DNA of 64,000 nucleotides, taken from the IMG/VR virus record IMGVR_UViG_3300005573_001621; one strand, 5' to 3'. Positions within the stretch are counted from its first letter, which is position 1. Each line of letters begins with the position of its first letter. Made by a program: the position numbers and the translations under genes. This document shows positions 44,366-53,845 of the stretch, piece after piece. Source of the stretch: a virus. The notes under the pieces were generated by a model. The model did no database searches and was not told the DNA's origin. It saw only the letters and a program-made list of their open reading frames with translations.

Positions 44366-44878
44366 ATGAGTGTTAGAATCTATTGGACACCAAACTCCGA
44401 GCCCGACATCAGCAAATACAACATCTATCGCCAGGACATAAAAACTGGCGAAATTACCAGAATTGATGAAGTTATGCATCCAACTTGCGAGTATATTGAT
44501 ACGAATGGCTCGAGTGATTATCGATATTTCGTCAGTGCTGTCGATGAAGCCGGCAATGAAAGCCCGCTTGCTGGTCCAGTTCGTCTTCCTCCTGACAATA
44601 CAACTTGTCAGATTTATGATAGCTTTAAGATGCCATCTGGGAGTCCAGCTTCGGGAAGAACAATTCTTTTTAAGATCATTTCTTTGCCCTATAATTATGC
44701 CGGGAGCTGCTGGAGCGGTCAAGTCATAACTTGCGTAACTGACTCTGATGGGAATCTAGAAGTGTTTTTGCCACGGGGAGCGAAAGTTCAAGTTACTTCT
44801 AGCGAGTTTGGTTTTTCTTCTATAATAACAATTCCAGATGCTGCGACTAGTCGACTAGCCGATTTGTTAGGGAGCTAG
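44366..44878 (+). CDS. Fibronectin type III domain plus prealbumin-like domain protein
   Basis: IYW.PNSEPDI.KYNIYR...Y.D.....Y.YFVSAVDEAGNES; TDSDG.LEV.LPRGA.V. Confidence 0.75.
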   Translation: MSVRIYWTPNSEPDISKYNIYRQDIKTGEITRIDEVMHPTCEYIDTNGSSDYRYFVSAVDEAGNESPLAGPVRLPPDNTTCQIYDSFKMPSGSPASGRTILFKIISLPYNYAGSCWSGQVITCVTDSDGNLEVFLPRGAKVQVTSSEFGFSSIITIPDAATSRLADLLGS

Positions 44879-44906
44879 TTGAGAGAGAGAGAGGAATCAG
44901 CTACAA

Positions 44907-45176
44907 ATGCTCTCAGAAGCAATTTATTCGGGGATGTTAGGAGCTACAGAGCTCGTTAAGTTCTATCAAAAAGCTAACGAAGCAGAAATTAAAGAGTTTG
45001 AAGAACTTCTTTTTAAGAAGAAAGATGTCAAGGGCGCTCTTTCAATAGTTCAAAAGACTTTGAAGCTCTCTGACAGAGACATCGAGACTTGGCTTGCATC
45101 GATGAAAGTAGCAGAGCGTCTAGAGAACATAAGAACGAAGCTCCGGATGATTTCGGAGAGGAAGAAGTCTCAATGA
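44907..45176 (+). CDS. Hypothetical protein, candidate internal head protein
   Basis: MLSEA N-terminus; G.MELVKFY..A. Confidence 0.55.
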   Translation: MLSEAIYSGMLGATELVKFYQKANEAEIKEFEELLFKKKDVKGALSIVQKTLKLSDRDIETWLASMKVAERLENIRTKLRMISERKKSQ

Positions 45177-45541
45177 AGACTCTTTTATCTGAAACTCGAG
45201 TTATTTTGAAAGATCCTGACAAAAATGAGTCGATTTTTTGTTTTAGCAATACGGAGTCAATAAGCACTACAGGAGAGACTCGATACGAATCTTTCGTCGA
45301 AACGCTAGCTACTGGAGAGACTAGATCACACGAGTTTTCTTTTCCGATCAGAAGAATTTACCTCAAAACTACTCAGCCTCTAAAAATTGAGATCGGTCAA
45401 GAGGGCACTCCAGATGATGTAATTTATGTGAGCTCTAGTCTTTTGATCTCTCTGCAAGAACCCTCGAGATATCTAGTTTCGATAACTAATCAATCTGCAA
45501 GCCAAACAGCAACGGTCGAGGTCTTAGTTTCAGAAAACTAA
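45173..45541 (+). CDS. Probable structural beta-sandwich protein
   Basis: ATG 45173 (ATGA overlap) preferred over 45089. Confidence 0.55.
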   Translation: MKTLLSETRVILKDPDKNESIFCFSNTESISTTGETRYESFVETLATGETRSHEFSFPIRRIYLKTTQPLKIEIGQEGTPDDVIYVSSSLLISLQEPSRYLVSITNQSASQTATVEVLVSEN

Positions 45542-45823
45542 TGCCCGTCTCTCCCGCTCTCTCTAGAGCGCTCTCTTAGGGAAAGCCTTAGAAGCCACGT
45601 TTCTGCATTTAGCCCTAGATAAACCCTTATCTCCCTCTAGAAATCCCTATGAGCTTTTTCGAGGTCGAAAAAAGTGCTGATTTTCTAAGGAGATTTCGAG
45701 CCCATTTTTGGCCGAAATCCAGAAAATCCCCCTTTTATTGCGGATTTTCGGATTCTCGGAAATCTGGGTTTTCTCCCCCTCTCGAAGGGAGTTTGCGAAA
45801 AGCTATTTTAATCAAAAGGAGTT
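45542..45823. promoter_or_regulatory. Largest non-coding gap; iterated GAAA(A)TC(C) motifs and hairpins; candidate replication origin/control region
   Basis: About nine motif copies in both orientations at 45640-45773; stems 45692-45719 and 45722-45749. Confidence 0.5.
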
Positions 45824-46705
45824 ATGATGAGACTTCAAGACACTTGGACTTATGAAGAACTTTTGAAAGAAGATCAAAAAGAAGAAGCTCTCATAAACGA
45901 GAGAGCGAAGTCTAGACCAGCTGCTCTCTCAGAGTGGAGGTTAGAAAGATTCGACTCTTTACTAAATCTAATAGTTTCAGATCCACAAGCAAGATCTTTA
46001 GGCGTTGCTTTGATCCCTCTTCCAAACGAATACCCCTACCCTTGGGTTAAAAGACCAGTTCATTTTATCTTAAAAAGGATCAAAAATCCTACTCTGATGA
46101 ATTCTCCAGTAGCAAAATTGATAACTGACAAATCTCAGCCACCTTGCTTGGGCGCTCTGAAATATGGGTTCCCAAAAGCTAACGTCCCTCCCCATCTTGG
46201 AGACCTGTGTCCAATCTGTGAGATTGATCCCGTGCCATTTACTCTATATCATTTCTTAGCAGTCAAGCTTCAGTGGATAGATGTTTCAGGAAAGCTCACT
46301 GTCTCTCCAGCGGGAGATCCTTTCTTAGCGTCGCTCAATACACCCGAAAAAAGCAAATTACTCCGATCTGGGCAGTTTATTTCGCCTGAGACTAACCAGA
46401 CTCATCCGGTAGCATTTTTCTCTTCTAGCATCAACGTCCCTCAAGCTTTAAACTGGAGTCAGGGAATTTCTTTCAAAGCAATAAGCCCCGCAGCAGAGTT
46501 GAGAGCTCAAGTTCTATCTAGTATTGAAGTACTTCGAGCTAAAGATCCTGCTTCGTTGATGAGGTCGATTCTTTTTGGGCCTTTTAGAGATCTGCTTTAT
46601 TCTCCTAACTTCTACCAAGAAGTCGCGATTTTCTACGCTCAAGCAGCTAGAGCGTTTTTAGCGCAAGAACCACAGAATGGAGCTCAACTCCAAACAGCAG
46701 TCTAA
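45824..46705 (+). CDS. Single-stranded DNA-binding protein candidate (gp32-like)
   Basis: LIPLP...PW....HF, PCLG....CPICE; heads the replication operon next to RecA. Confidence 0.5.
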   Translation: MMRLQDTWTYEELLKEDQKEEALINERAKSRPAALSEWRLERFDSLLNLIVSDPQARSLGVALIPLPNEYPYPWVKRPVHFILKRIKNPTLMNSPVAKLITDKSQPPCLGALKYGFPKANVPPHLGDLCPICEIDPVPFTLYHFLAVKLQWIDVSGKLTVSPAGDPFLASLNTPEKSKLLRSGQFISPETNQTHPVAFFSSSINVPQALNWSQGISFKAISPAAELRAQVLSSIEVLRAKDPASLMRSILFGPFRDLLYSPNFYQEVAIFYAQAARAFLAQEPQNGAQLQTAV

Positions 46706-46721
46706 TAGGAGACACTAGCTT

Positions 46722-47744
46722 ATGTTTTCACCAATAGAGCAAGCTTCAGAAGGAAATCTTATTCCTACAGGGATTACTCTGCTCGATTATCTTCTTAATG
46801 GAGGGTTAAGAAGCGGAGCGTTTCAAGTCTTCTCTGGATTCCCTGGTGGTGGGAAGTCTACGCTCGCCGCAAATTTGATATCTGCAGTTATAAAAGCTAA
46901 GCAAGTTCCACTCTTTATAGATTCAGAATGCTCGATGAGCAAAGATCGGCTAGAAGCTTTAGGAAAGAGCAAAGACATCTGGATCCTGAAACCAACTTCA
47001 TTAGAAGAAGTTTTAGAGGCGATCATTATCATTTTGATGACTAGCAGAAAAAGAAGAAAGCCGGAAGAGGCTCTAGAAAAGCTCGGGCTCCCTAAAGAAA
47101 TCTTTGAATCGCCTATTGTTATCATCTGGGATTCAATAGCAGCAAGCCCTTTATCTCTTGAGCTAGAAGCTTTAGAGAATGTTTTTTCAGCGAAGAAACC
47201 AGAGTTTAATAGAAAATTAGTCCCTGTGGGACTGAATGCTCAAGTCATGTCGATCGCGTTAAGAAACTTGGTTCCTCTCATGGATCAAGAGCCAAGGGTA
47301 ACACTGATAGCTACTAATCAATATAGAGGAAAACTTGACTTGGATATGTACTCTCCTCTCCCGAAGTCTTTCTATGGAGAAAGAGGAGAGATGCCAGGAG
47401 GATATGCTGTAAAACACTGGGCTTATCAGCTCTTGGAATTGTCAAGTCTCAAAAGAGAAGAAGACGGTCAGTGGGTTGATTTACGAGTACTGAAGAACAA
47501 ACATGGGCCTCTCAGGAGAGGAAAAATCTTTTTCGATTATGAAAGAGGATTTGAAGACATCGCTTCTTTTACTCGCCCGGCTTTCAAGCTCATAGGAACT
47601 CCCAGGATCCCATTCGAAGGGAAAAACTATCTGAGAAGCGAACTAGTAGAGCTCTTTAGACAAGCTCCAGAAGCTTTTGAAACATTCAAAAATTCTATCT
47701 TACAAACTCATTCTTTACAAGATCTATTAGACGTCGGAATCTAA
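46722..47744 (+). CDS. recA: RecA/UvsX recombinase
   Basis: TGITLLD.LLNGGL, GFPGGGKST, FIDSE, IIWDSIA, TNQYR, PGGYA. Confidence 0.92.
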   Translation: MFSPIEQASEGNLIPTGITLLDYLLNGGLRSGAFQVFSGFPGGGKSTLAANLISAVIKAKQVPLFIDSECSMSKDRLEALGKSKDIWILKPTSLEEVLEAIIIILMTSRKRRKPEEALEKLGLPKEIFESPIVIIWDSIAASPLSLELEALENVFSAKKPEFNRKLVPVGLNAQVMSIALRNLVPLMDQEPRVTLIATNQYRGKLDLDMYSPLPKSFYGERGEMPGGYAVKHWAYQLLELSSLKREEDGQWVDLRVLKNKHGPLRRGKIFFDYERGFEDIASFTRPAFKLIGTPRIPFEGKNYLRSELVELFRQAPEAFETFKNSILQTHSLQDLLDVGI

Positions 47745-47746
47745 AT

Positions 47747-48478
47747 GTGTTTAGAGTCCGAAGAACTACTCTCAAGCAGCTTTTTTCGAAAAAAGCTCAG
47801 TCTTCTCACGAAGACGAAACTATTTTAGATACTCCGCTAGAAGTTTTGTTAAGGGATCGAGCTCTTTTAGAGAGAGCGTTGAGAGCTGCTCTGCTTCAAG
47901 ACGGATTTGCTAAGAGCGAGCTCATCTGGGCTTGGTTAGAACAAACTTCAAAAAGAATCAAAGTCACTCGAGGGTATCTACGTCGAGAGGACCGAGAAGA
48001 GATAGTATCAGAAGCTTTTTTCGCAATTATCAATTCAAAAGCAAGATACGACCCTTCTCAAAAGCCTTCTTCTTGGCTGATCAAGATCTTTCAGAATACG
48101 ACTCGAAATTACTTGAAAAGAGCTTATTATACAGACTTGAAATTAACTGATCATGAGTCAGAGTCTTCATCATCTCGAAATGAGAGACGACGAGTCTCAA
48201 CGGTCTTTTTAATTAACCAGATCATAGCTGCTCTAAAAAAGCACCGAGTTCAGACTGCTCTAGATCAAATGCCAGCAGAAAAAGTTCTAAAGATTTATGA
48301 TCTTGTTGAAAAAGCTCTTTTTGACGATCCGGGAGATTTTCAGCTTGATGTGACGAAGACCTACTCTGGAGAAGCTATTTTAGATAGAGTGCTCAGAGTG
48401 CTAGCAGAGAAAACGAAAGACGACACTTTTTTGATAGTAGATCGAAAGGAGCTCTTAAAATGGATTCGGAAAAAGTAG
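47747..48478 (+). CDS. Sigma70-family factor (region 2 recognisable)
   Basis: EDREEIVSEAF.AI.....YDPSQ.PSSWL.KI.QN...NYLKR. Confidence 0.7.
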   Translation: MFRVRRTTLKQLFSKKAQSSHEDETILDTPLEVLLRDRALLERALRAALLQDGFAKSELIWAWLEQTSKRIKVTRGYLRREDREEIVSEAFFAIINSKARYDPSQKPSSWLIKIFQNTTRNYLKRAYYTDLKLTDHESESSSSRNERRRVSTVFLINQIIAALKKHRVQTALDQMPAEKVLKIYDLVEKALFDDPGDFQLDVTKTYSGEAILDRVLRVLAEKTKDDTFLIVDRKELLKWIRKK

Positions 48479-49560
48479 TTATCTGGGATTTTGGTGATTT
48501 TTATACTCGAGCATTAACTACTAGTCAATCTCTTGCTTCCGAATATTTTTTATGGAATTCGATGCGAAGACTCCTGGGACTCGGGATCTCCTTGACTCGA
48601 GGAGCTCCAGCAGTTTGGATATTAGCTTTAGATTCTCCAGATCCGGACTATTGGAGAACAAAAGTCTATCCTGACTACAAAAAAGGAAGATCTCTAGCTC
48701 GACAGAAGCTCGTTCAGAAGCTTGCTGATAATTTAAAAGCTATGGGTTACGAGATAGATACTCTCGAAAAGCTCATAAGCCAGCATCGAGAAACTGCTTG
48801 TAAAGTCTTTCGAGAATGCGGAGGCTATGTGATATCTCAACCAAAGCTTGAAGCTGATGATATAATTTCTTTAGCTCTTGAGAAGCTCTTAAGCCAGGGT
48901 TTTGAATCTATCTCTATAGTTGCTGGAGACAGCGATCTTCTACAGCTTCTGACCAGAAAAGACAAAGATATTTCGTACTTGAGACTAGCACCATTTGGGT
49001 CTGGAGTTTGGTATAGATCAAAAAACACCGAGCAGCTCTATGCTCAGCTTGGGCAGCTTCTAACAAAAAAAGTCGGAGTAAATTTCAGCCCGGCAGTTAT
49101 TCCAGTATGGAAAGCAACCGTCGGAGATCCATCAGACAACATCCCTGGCGTAAAGGGAATTGGACCGAAATTTTTCTACGAAGTAATGAAAACCTCGGGA
49201 GATGAATTTCTTAAAATGAGTGCTAAAGAAGCTTTTTCTCATCTTCAAGCGCTAGCTACGAAAAATGTAGTTTCTACTAAATTCAAATCTAAGCTCAAAG
49301 CTCTTCAAGAGTTCCCGGAAGCTTCTTGGATTCTATTTTATAATATAGTGAATTTGAGGCCAGATCATCTCAGAGCTATGAGCTCTGAGGCTCGCAGCTT
49401 AGTTCTCCCAACTTTCTCGCCAGATTCTAAAATAGCAGAGAGAGCGAAGGAAAAACTTCTCCAGCTCAGAGAGCAAAAGATTTCTGCTGAGCTTGATCGA
49501 TTCTCACTCCGAGAGCTGGAGATCCAAGAAGCTAATTCACCAGTTGTTGACTTGATTTAA
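48460..49560 (+). CDS. 5'-3' exonuclease/flap endonuclease (T4 RNase H-like)
   Basis: WRTKVYPDYKKGR, EADD, GDSDLLQL, GDPSDNIPGVKGIGPK. Confidence 0.92.
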   Translation: MDSEKVVIWDFGDFYTRALTTSQSLASEYFLWNSMRRLLGLGISLTRGAPAVWILALDSPDPDYWRTKVYPDYKKGRSLARQKLVQKLADNLKAMGYEIDTLEKLISQHRETACKVFRECGGYVISQPKLEADDIISLALEKLLSQGFESISIVAGDSDLLQLLTRKDKDISYLRLAPFGSGVWYRSKNTEQLYAQLGQLLTKKVGVNFSPAVIPVWKATVGDPSDNIPGVKGIGPKFFYEVMKTSGDEFLKMSAKEAFSHLQALATKNVVSTKFKSKLKALQEFPEASWILFYNIVNLRPDHLRAMSSEARSLVLPTFSPDSKIAERAKEKLLQLREQKISAELDRFSLRELEIQEANSPVVDLI

Positions 49561-49565
49561 TTCTG

Positions 49566-50585
49566 ATGCTACTAGACTTCATCAAATCTAGAGTAGAATT
49601 CAGAGAGAGCGTAAAAGATCTCAATATTAGATGTCCGTTCTGCGACCCTGAGCAAGTCAGAGACTTCCATCTGGGGATCAGGAAAGCTGACGGAGTATGG
49701 CATTGTTTCCGATGCGGGCGGAGTGGGAGATCTTTAAGAAGCCTAGAGCGCGCTTTAGGAAGGTTCTCGGCAAATACTACTAAAAAGCTCTCGATTATAA
49801 AGAAAAATCAGCTCTCAGTTTACGACGGGCTCTCTGTTTATTCAGACTCGACTTTTGATAAAGAAGCGATTCGTCGACTGACAGCTTTCTTTAGTTCTAA
49901 AAATTATCGTCCGGAGTATATTCCCTGGGCTCTTGAGACTGCTGAGTCTTTATTTAGAATACAAAGTATTGCTCTTACTCCGATTAGATTAGAGAAGTTC
50001 AAAATATTTGAGAATCGTTTAGTCTTCTGGTCAAGAGATAAGCTTTGGGGGACAGGAAGAACTCTAGACTCAGCTTCTCCCAAATTTTTAACAGCATATC
50101 ATCCGCAGAGCAAGAGAGAAGATCGAATCTTTGAGATCGGCTCGCTGCAGTCAGCTCAGAGAGTATTTGCCACTGAAGGCCCTTTAGATGCTTTCGTCTT
50201 TTATACTTTAGCTAAAAAATTCTATCCAGACCAGACTTCAAATATTGGAGTAGTTTCTCCCGGAGGAGTAGGAGCTCTATTCAAGTTGATAGAGTCTCTG
50301 AGTAAAGAAAAAACTCTGACATTAGTTTTAGATACAGATCTCAAATTCTCTACTTACAAAAAACTCTTGAGTCTCAAGCATCACTTTTTTATCTCGTTAG
50401 TTCTTTTTAAGACTCGATTTTTTCAGAAAGGGAAAGATTTACAAGACTTAACTCGAGTTGAATTAAAAGAAGCTAAAGAAGTTATAGGCAAGATCTTAGA
50501 TCTCAAGCTGAGCGCTGAAGTTCGTCCTATTTCTTATATAAAGAATATTTCTGCGTTCTGGAAGGAGCTTTATGAACAATCGTAA
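49566..50585 (+). CDS. dnaG: DNA primase (Zn finger plus TOPRIM)
   Basis: CPFC..H...WHCFRC; TEGPLDA; LVLDTD. Confidence 0.85.
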   Translation: MLLDFIKSRVEFRESVKDLNIRCPFCDPEQVRDFHLGIRKADGVWHCFRCGRSGRSLRSLERALGRFSANTTKKLSIIKKNQLSVYDGLSVYSDSTFDKEAIRRLTAFFSSKNYRPEYIPWALETAESLFRIQSIALTPIRLEKFKIFENRLVFWSRDKLWGTGRTLDSASPKFLTAYHPQSKREDRIFEIGSLQSAQRVFATEGPLDAFVFYTLAKKFYPDQTSNIGVVSPGGVGALFKLIESLSKEKTLTLVLDTDLKFSTYKKLLSLKHHFFISLVLFKTRFFQKGKDLQDLTRVELKEAKEVIGKILDLKLSAEVRPISYIKNISAFWKELYEQS

Positions 50586-51198
50586 AACTAAGAAGAAGCC
50601 GAGCAAGCAGCTCGCAGTCTATGTTTTGAGCGCAAAAGAGCTAGAGCCCAAAAAAGCTTACAAGCTTGAGATCTTTACACCGAAGATCCCTTCTGTCAAT
50701 GTCAGGTTAATCCCGATTAGAAGCGGAAAGCGTTGGGCGCTTCATCCTGTCTACCGGACTATGAAAGAAGCTTTTAAGCAAGCTATAATGAAGCTTGATC
50801 TCCCTACTTATAGCCCTCAAGACTTTACTAGCTTGTGGCACTTCAGAGTATATATTGCATGCTTCTATAAAGATCAGCGCGCTCTCCGACGAGATCCCGA
50901 CAATTTCTTAAAAATAATTCAAGATGGCGTCTGCGTTTCGCTACTCCAAAAGCTCTTTCAGACGGGCGATGATAAGAATCTGAGAAATCTCGCTCTCACT
51001 TTAGAAGAGTTTCCTCTGATTAAAGATGACACTAGCTTAAATCAAGCAATTGATTCAATAAAGTCGGACTTGCCTTCTTCTTTTGAAGAAGAAGATCAGC
51101 TCAGAGCGCACTTAATCGCTCGAATTCAGGCTTCTTCAAAACAAGAAAAGCTTTTGGGGGCTTACTTAAATCTCGCTTTAGTTGCTATAAGGAGATAA
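50572..51198 (+). CDS. rusA: RusA-like Holliday junction resolvase
   Basis: PSVN, RRDPDNFLKIIQDG, DD. Confidence 0.75.
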   Translation: MNNRKTKKKPSKQLAVYVLSAKELEPKKAYKLEIFTPKIPSVNVRLIPIRSGKRWALHPVYRTMKEAFKQAIMKLDLPTYSPQDFTSLWHFRVYIACFYKDQRALRRDPDNFLKIIQDGVCVSLLQKLFQTGDDKNLRNLALTLEEFPLIKDDTSLNQAIDSIKSDLPSSFEEEDQLRAHLIARIQASSKQEKLLGAYLNLALVAIRR

Positions 51199-51200
51199 CT

Positions 51201-51923
51201 ATGGGAAGAATCGTAGCAATTTCTGGACCTGCTGGGGTAGGGAAATCTTCTATCTTGAAAAGAGTCTCTGAAGCTCCCGAGATGGGGAAAGTTCTTGTCA
51301 TCGATGAAGCGATAAGAGAAGTCTTCCAAAACTATCAGTCAGAGAAAGTAAAGTCAGTGAGTGATTTGTTAGATTCCAGTCTAGAAGGGAGTCTCTTATA
51401 TCTGAGTCTTTCAGCAGAGTTAGCAGAGAGGATCTATTCTAAGCTTAAAGAAGCTGACGAAAGGAGATTAGAGTACGATCTTATCTTATGTGATCGACAC
51501 CCTCTAGATATTCTGATGTTTTTAGTTTTTAATGCCGGGAAGATCACTGCGCCAGTCGGAGTAGCTTATTTATCTTCTTTGACTCAGAAGATTGTAAAAG
51601 CTTCGGCTTTCATCGATCATATAATTTATGCTGAATTTCCCAGAAAGCTCTTATTAGAGATTTCTAAATATGAAGCTTCAGCTGAGAAGCCAGAGTGGCT
51701 CAAGAGCGTTTTAGAAGATTCTTTCAGATATTCAGAACTCTTGACAGTTTGGGGGATTCTGAGACAGACAGCTACTTGGATCGGAGTCTATCGTCTGGTT
51801 TCCAATCAAGTAAAAGCTCCGGTTTCTTTTGTTAGAAGCCAGACTAGGGAAGATCTCATAGAGAAGATTCTAAATCTCCTGAGCTCGATAAAAACTGGAG
51901 AGTACTACAAAGAGTCATCTTAA
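51201..51923 (+). CDS. Deoxynucleoside monophosphate kinase-like P-loop protein
   Basis: ISGPAGVGKSS, LCDRHPLD. Confidence 0.7.
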   Translation: MGRIVAISGPAGVGKSSILKRVSEAPEMGKVLVIDEAIREVFQNYQSEKVKSVSDLLDSSLEGSLLYLSLSAELAERIYSKLKEADERRLEYDLILCDRHPLDILMFLVFNAGKITAPVGVAYLSSLTQKIVKASAFIDHIIYAEFPRKLLLEISKYEASAEKPEWLKSVLEDSFRYSELLTVWGILRQTATWIGVYRLVSNQVKAPVSFVRSQTREDLIEKILNLLSSIKTGEYYKESS

Positions 51924-51942
51924 CAATTAGGAGAATTCTAAT

Positions 51943-53292
51943 ATGCTCCAAGTGCAACAGAAAAATGATGCTTTAGATTTGATAAAGAGCACGCTACGTC
52001 TTTTGATTAGTTTAGATCCGAATAATCCTGAGAGCTGGGAGCTAGTGAGGCTTCTCATCTTAGGGCAGAAATATTTTTATGCTGTAGATGAAAAGCTCCC
52101 TTCAGGTTTATCTTGGGGAGAAATCTTGGGAGAGAGTATCAAGTTCTTCTCTCAAAGCATCAAACAATCTAAAGAGCTCATCACGCCCGGAGTAGATGTA
52201 GAGATGCTCCTCAAGAAGTTGGGAATTTTGGATGAGATCAATCAGTTAGAGCTGCCAGAGCTCAAAAGGACGATCGCTAGAGTTCGATATTACATTCAGA
52301 GCGAACAAGTCAAAGAAGCAGCTTCATCTATAGTGCAAGCGACTATGGACACAGAGTTTCCGTTGGAGAAAGTCAAACAGACATTAGATTTATTGCAAAC
52401 TTCTTTGAAGCTAACTTACGAGCCAGAAATAAGAGAGATCTCTCTGGGCTCAGTTAAAGAGACTGATCCTGTGTGGGAATCAGAAACTAAGTTTGAGAGC
52501 CCTATACCCGATCTAATAAATTATTTTGGAACAAGACGATTCTACATCATCGCTGGAACTTGGGGAGAGGGAAAATCTTTCTTTGCATCTAATTTAGGAT
52601 ATTTTTTCGCCAAGCAGAATCATCGAGTTCTGCACTTGACTCTAGAGATCCCTTTGCAAGAAGTAGTTATTCGATATCTAGCTCTGGCTACAGGCGCTGA
52701 ACTCGATGAAGTCGCATCTTGGCCTAAAGAAAAAGTTATCTCAACCCTGAATTCTCTCCAGGGAATAGGGTGTCTTTCGATCGTCGACGCAGCTGGGATA
52801 GATGTCGCTTGGCTTAAGTCGTACTTAGCAGCACGCCGATTTGATATTGTTTTAATTGACTATCTAGATCTAGTTTCTCCAGATACGACGTCTCTTGGGG
52901 GCGGGAGCTTATTTAGAGATTATGCAAAGATCGCTGCAGATCTTTATAATTTAGCTAAAGAAGAAAAGATCTGCTTAATCGCGACTTCTCAATTAAATCG
53001 AGCAGCAGCTCTAACTCCGGATCCAACTGGAGCGAATCTTTCAAGATCAATAGGAAAAGCTGAAGCTGCAGATGGAATCATCATCTTAAAACAGGTCTCT
53101 TCCAATGGAATGAATTATCTTAAACTCTATACTGATAAGCTCAGATATTGGAAAAGAGGCCAAACAGTATACGTTCCGATCGACTTCTCTAGAGGACGCA
53201 TAATGTTTTCTAAAGCAGTAAAACTAGTCGACTCAGCTCTATTGAAGAAGAGCTCAGACTCGGAAGTCTTAGCAGAGACCAAGCTTCTTTAA
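51943..53292 (+). CDS. dnaB: Replicative helicase (DnaB/gp41-like)
   Basis: AGTWGEGKS, TLE, IDYLDL, TSQLNR, S.SI...ADGII. Confidence 0.9.
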   Translation: MLQVQQKNDALDLIKSTLRLLISLDPNNPESWELVRLLILGQKYFYAVDEKLPSGLSWGEILGESIKFFSQSIKQSKELITPGVDVEMLLKKLGILDEINQLELPELKRTIARVRYYIQSEQVKEAASSIVQATMDTEFPLEKVKQTLDLLQTSLKLTYEPEIREISLGSVKETDPVWESETKFESPIPDLINYFGTRRFYIIAGTWGEGKSFFASNLGYFFAKQNHRVLHLTLEIPLQEVVIRYLALATGAELDEVASWPKEKVISTLNSLQGIGCLSIVDAAGIDVAWLKSYLAARRFDIVLIDYLDLVSPDTTSLGGGSLFRDYAKIAADLYNLAKEEKICLIATSQLNRAAALTPDPTGANLSRSIGKAEAADGIIILKQVSSNGMNYLKLYTDKLRYWKRGQTVYVPIDFSRGRIMFSKAVKLVDSALLKKSSDSEVLAETKLL

Positions 53293-53323
53293 GAGAGGAG
53301 AGACGAAAGCTGAGAGTTCACCG

Positions 53324-53845
53324 GTGACTACGTGCATTGATCTTAAAAACTTAGAAGACTTTACAAAGAAAGTCAAAGAGCAGACTGATCTAGATAAGCA
53401 CTTCGGGATTCTTCTTGGTATTGCGCTGGGTAAAGAGAAGGGATTAGAAATTGGAACCGGCTGGGGAACTTCAACACTAGCTTTATCTGCTGGGCTCTCG
53501 CTTTCTCAGGGTGTATTATTTACTTGTGATCCAGTAAACAGACTCACAATCAAACTCCCAAGCAACGTTATCTTCTATAATATGACCTCACAGCAATTAG
53601 CAAGCAGCTGGAAAGAAACGATTGACTTTCTCTTCATCGACGGAGATCATTCTTACGAGGGAGTCAAATTTGATTACTCGACTTTTTCTAAATGGGTCAA
53701 GCTCGGTGGCATAATCGCTATTCACGACATTGCTCACCCGGCTTTTCCAGGGGTGTCTGAGTTCTGGCAAGAGCTAAAAAGCTTGCAGAATTCAGTTGAG
53801 ATGTTAGAGTTCCCTGGATTAGGGATTCTTCAAATAAAACAATGA
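53324..53845 (+). CDS. Class I SAM-dependent methyltransferase (Methyltransf_24-like)
   Basis: LEIGTGWGTS, IDFLFIDGDHSYEGV..D, GGII.IHD. Confidence 0.88.
   Translation: MTTCIDLKNLEDFTKKVKEQTDLDKHFGILLGIALGKEKGLEIGTGWGTSTLALSAGLSLSQGVLFTCDPVNRLTIKLPSNVIFYNMTSQQLASSWKETIDFLFIDGDHSYEGVKFDYSTFSKWVKLGGIIAIHDIAHPAFPGVSEFWQELKSLQNSVEMLEFPGLGILQIKQ

Noticed and set aside
44881-44892. (GA)6 microsatellite as a phase-variation switch
   Set aside because: Intergenic, upstream of the SD, and the genome is GA-rich overall
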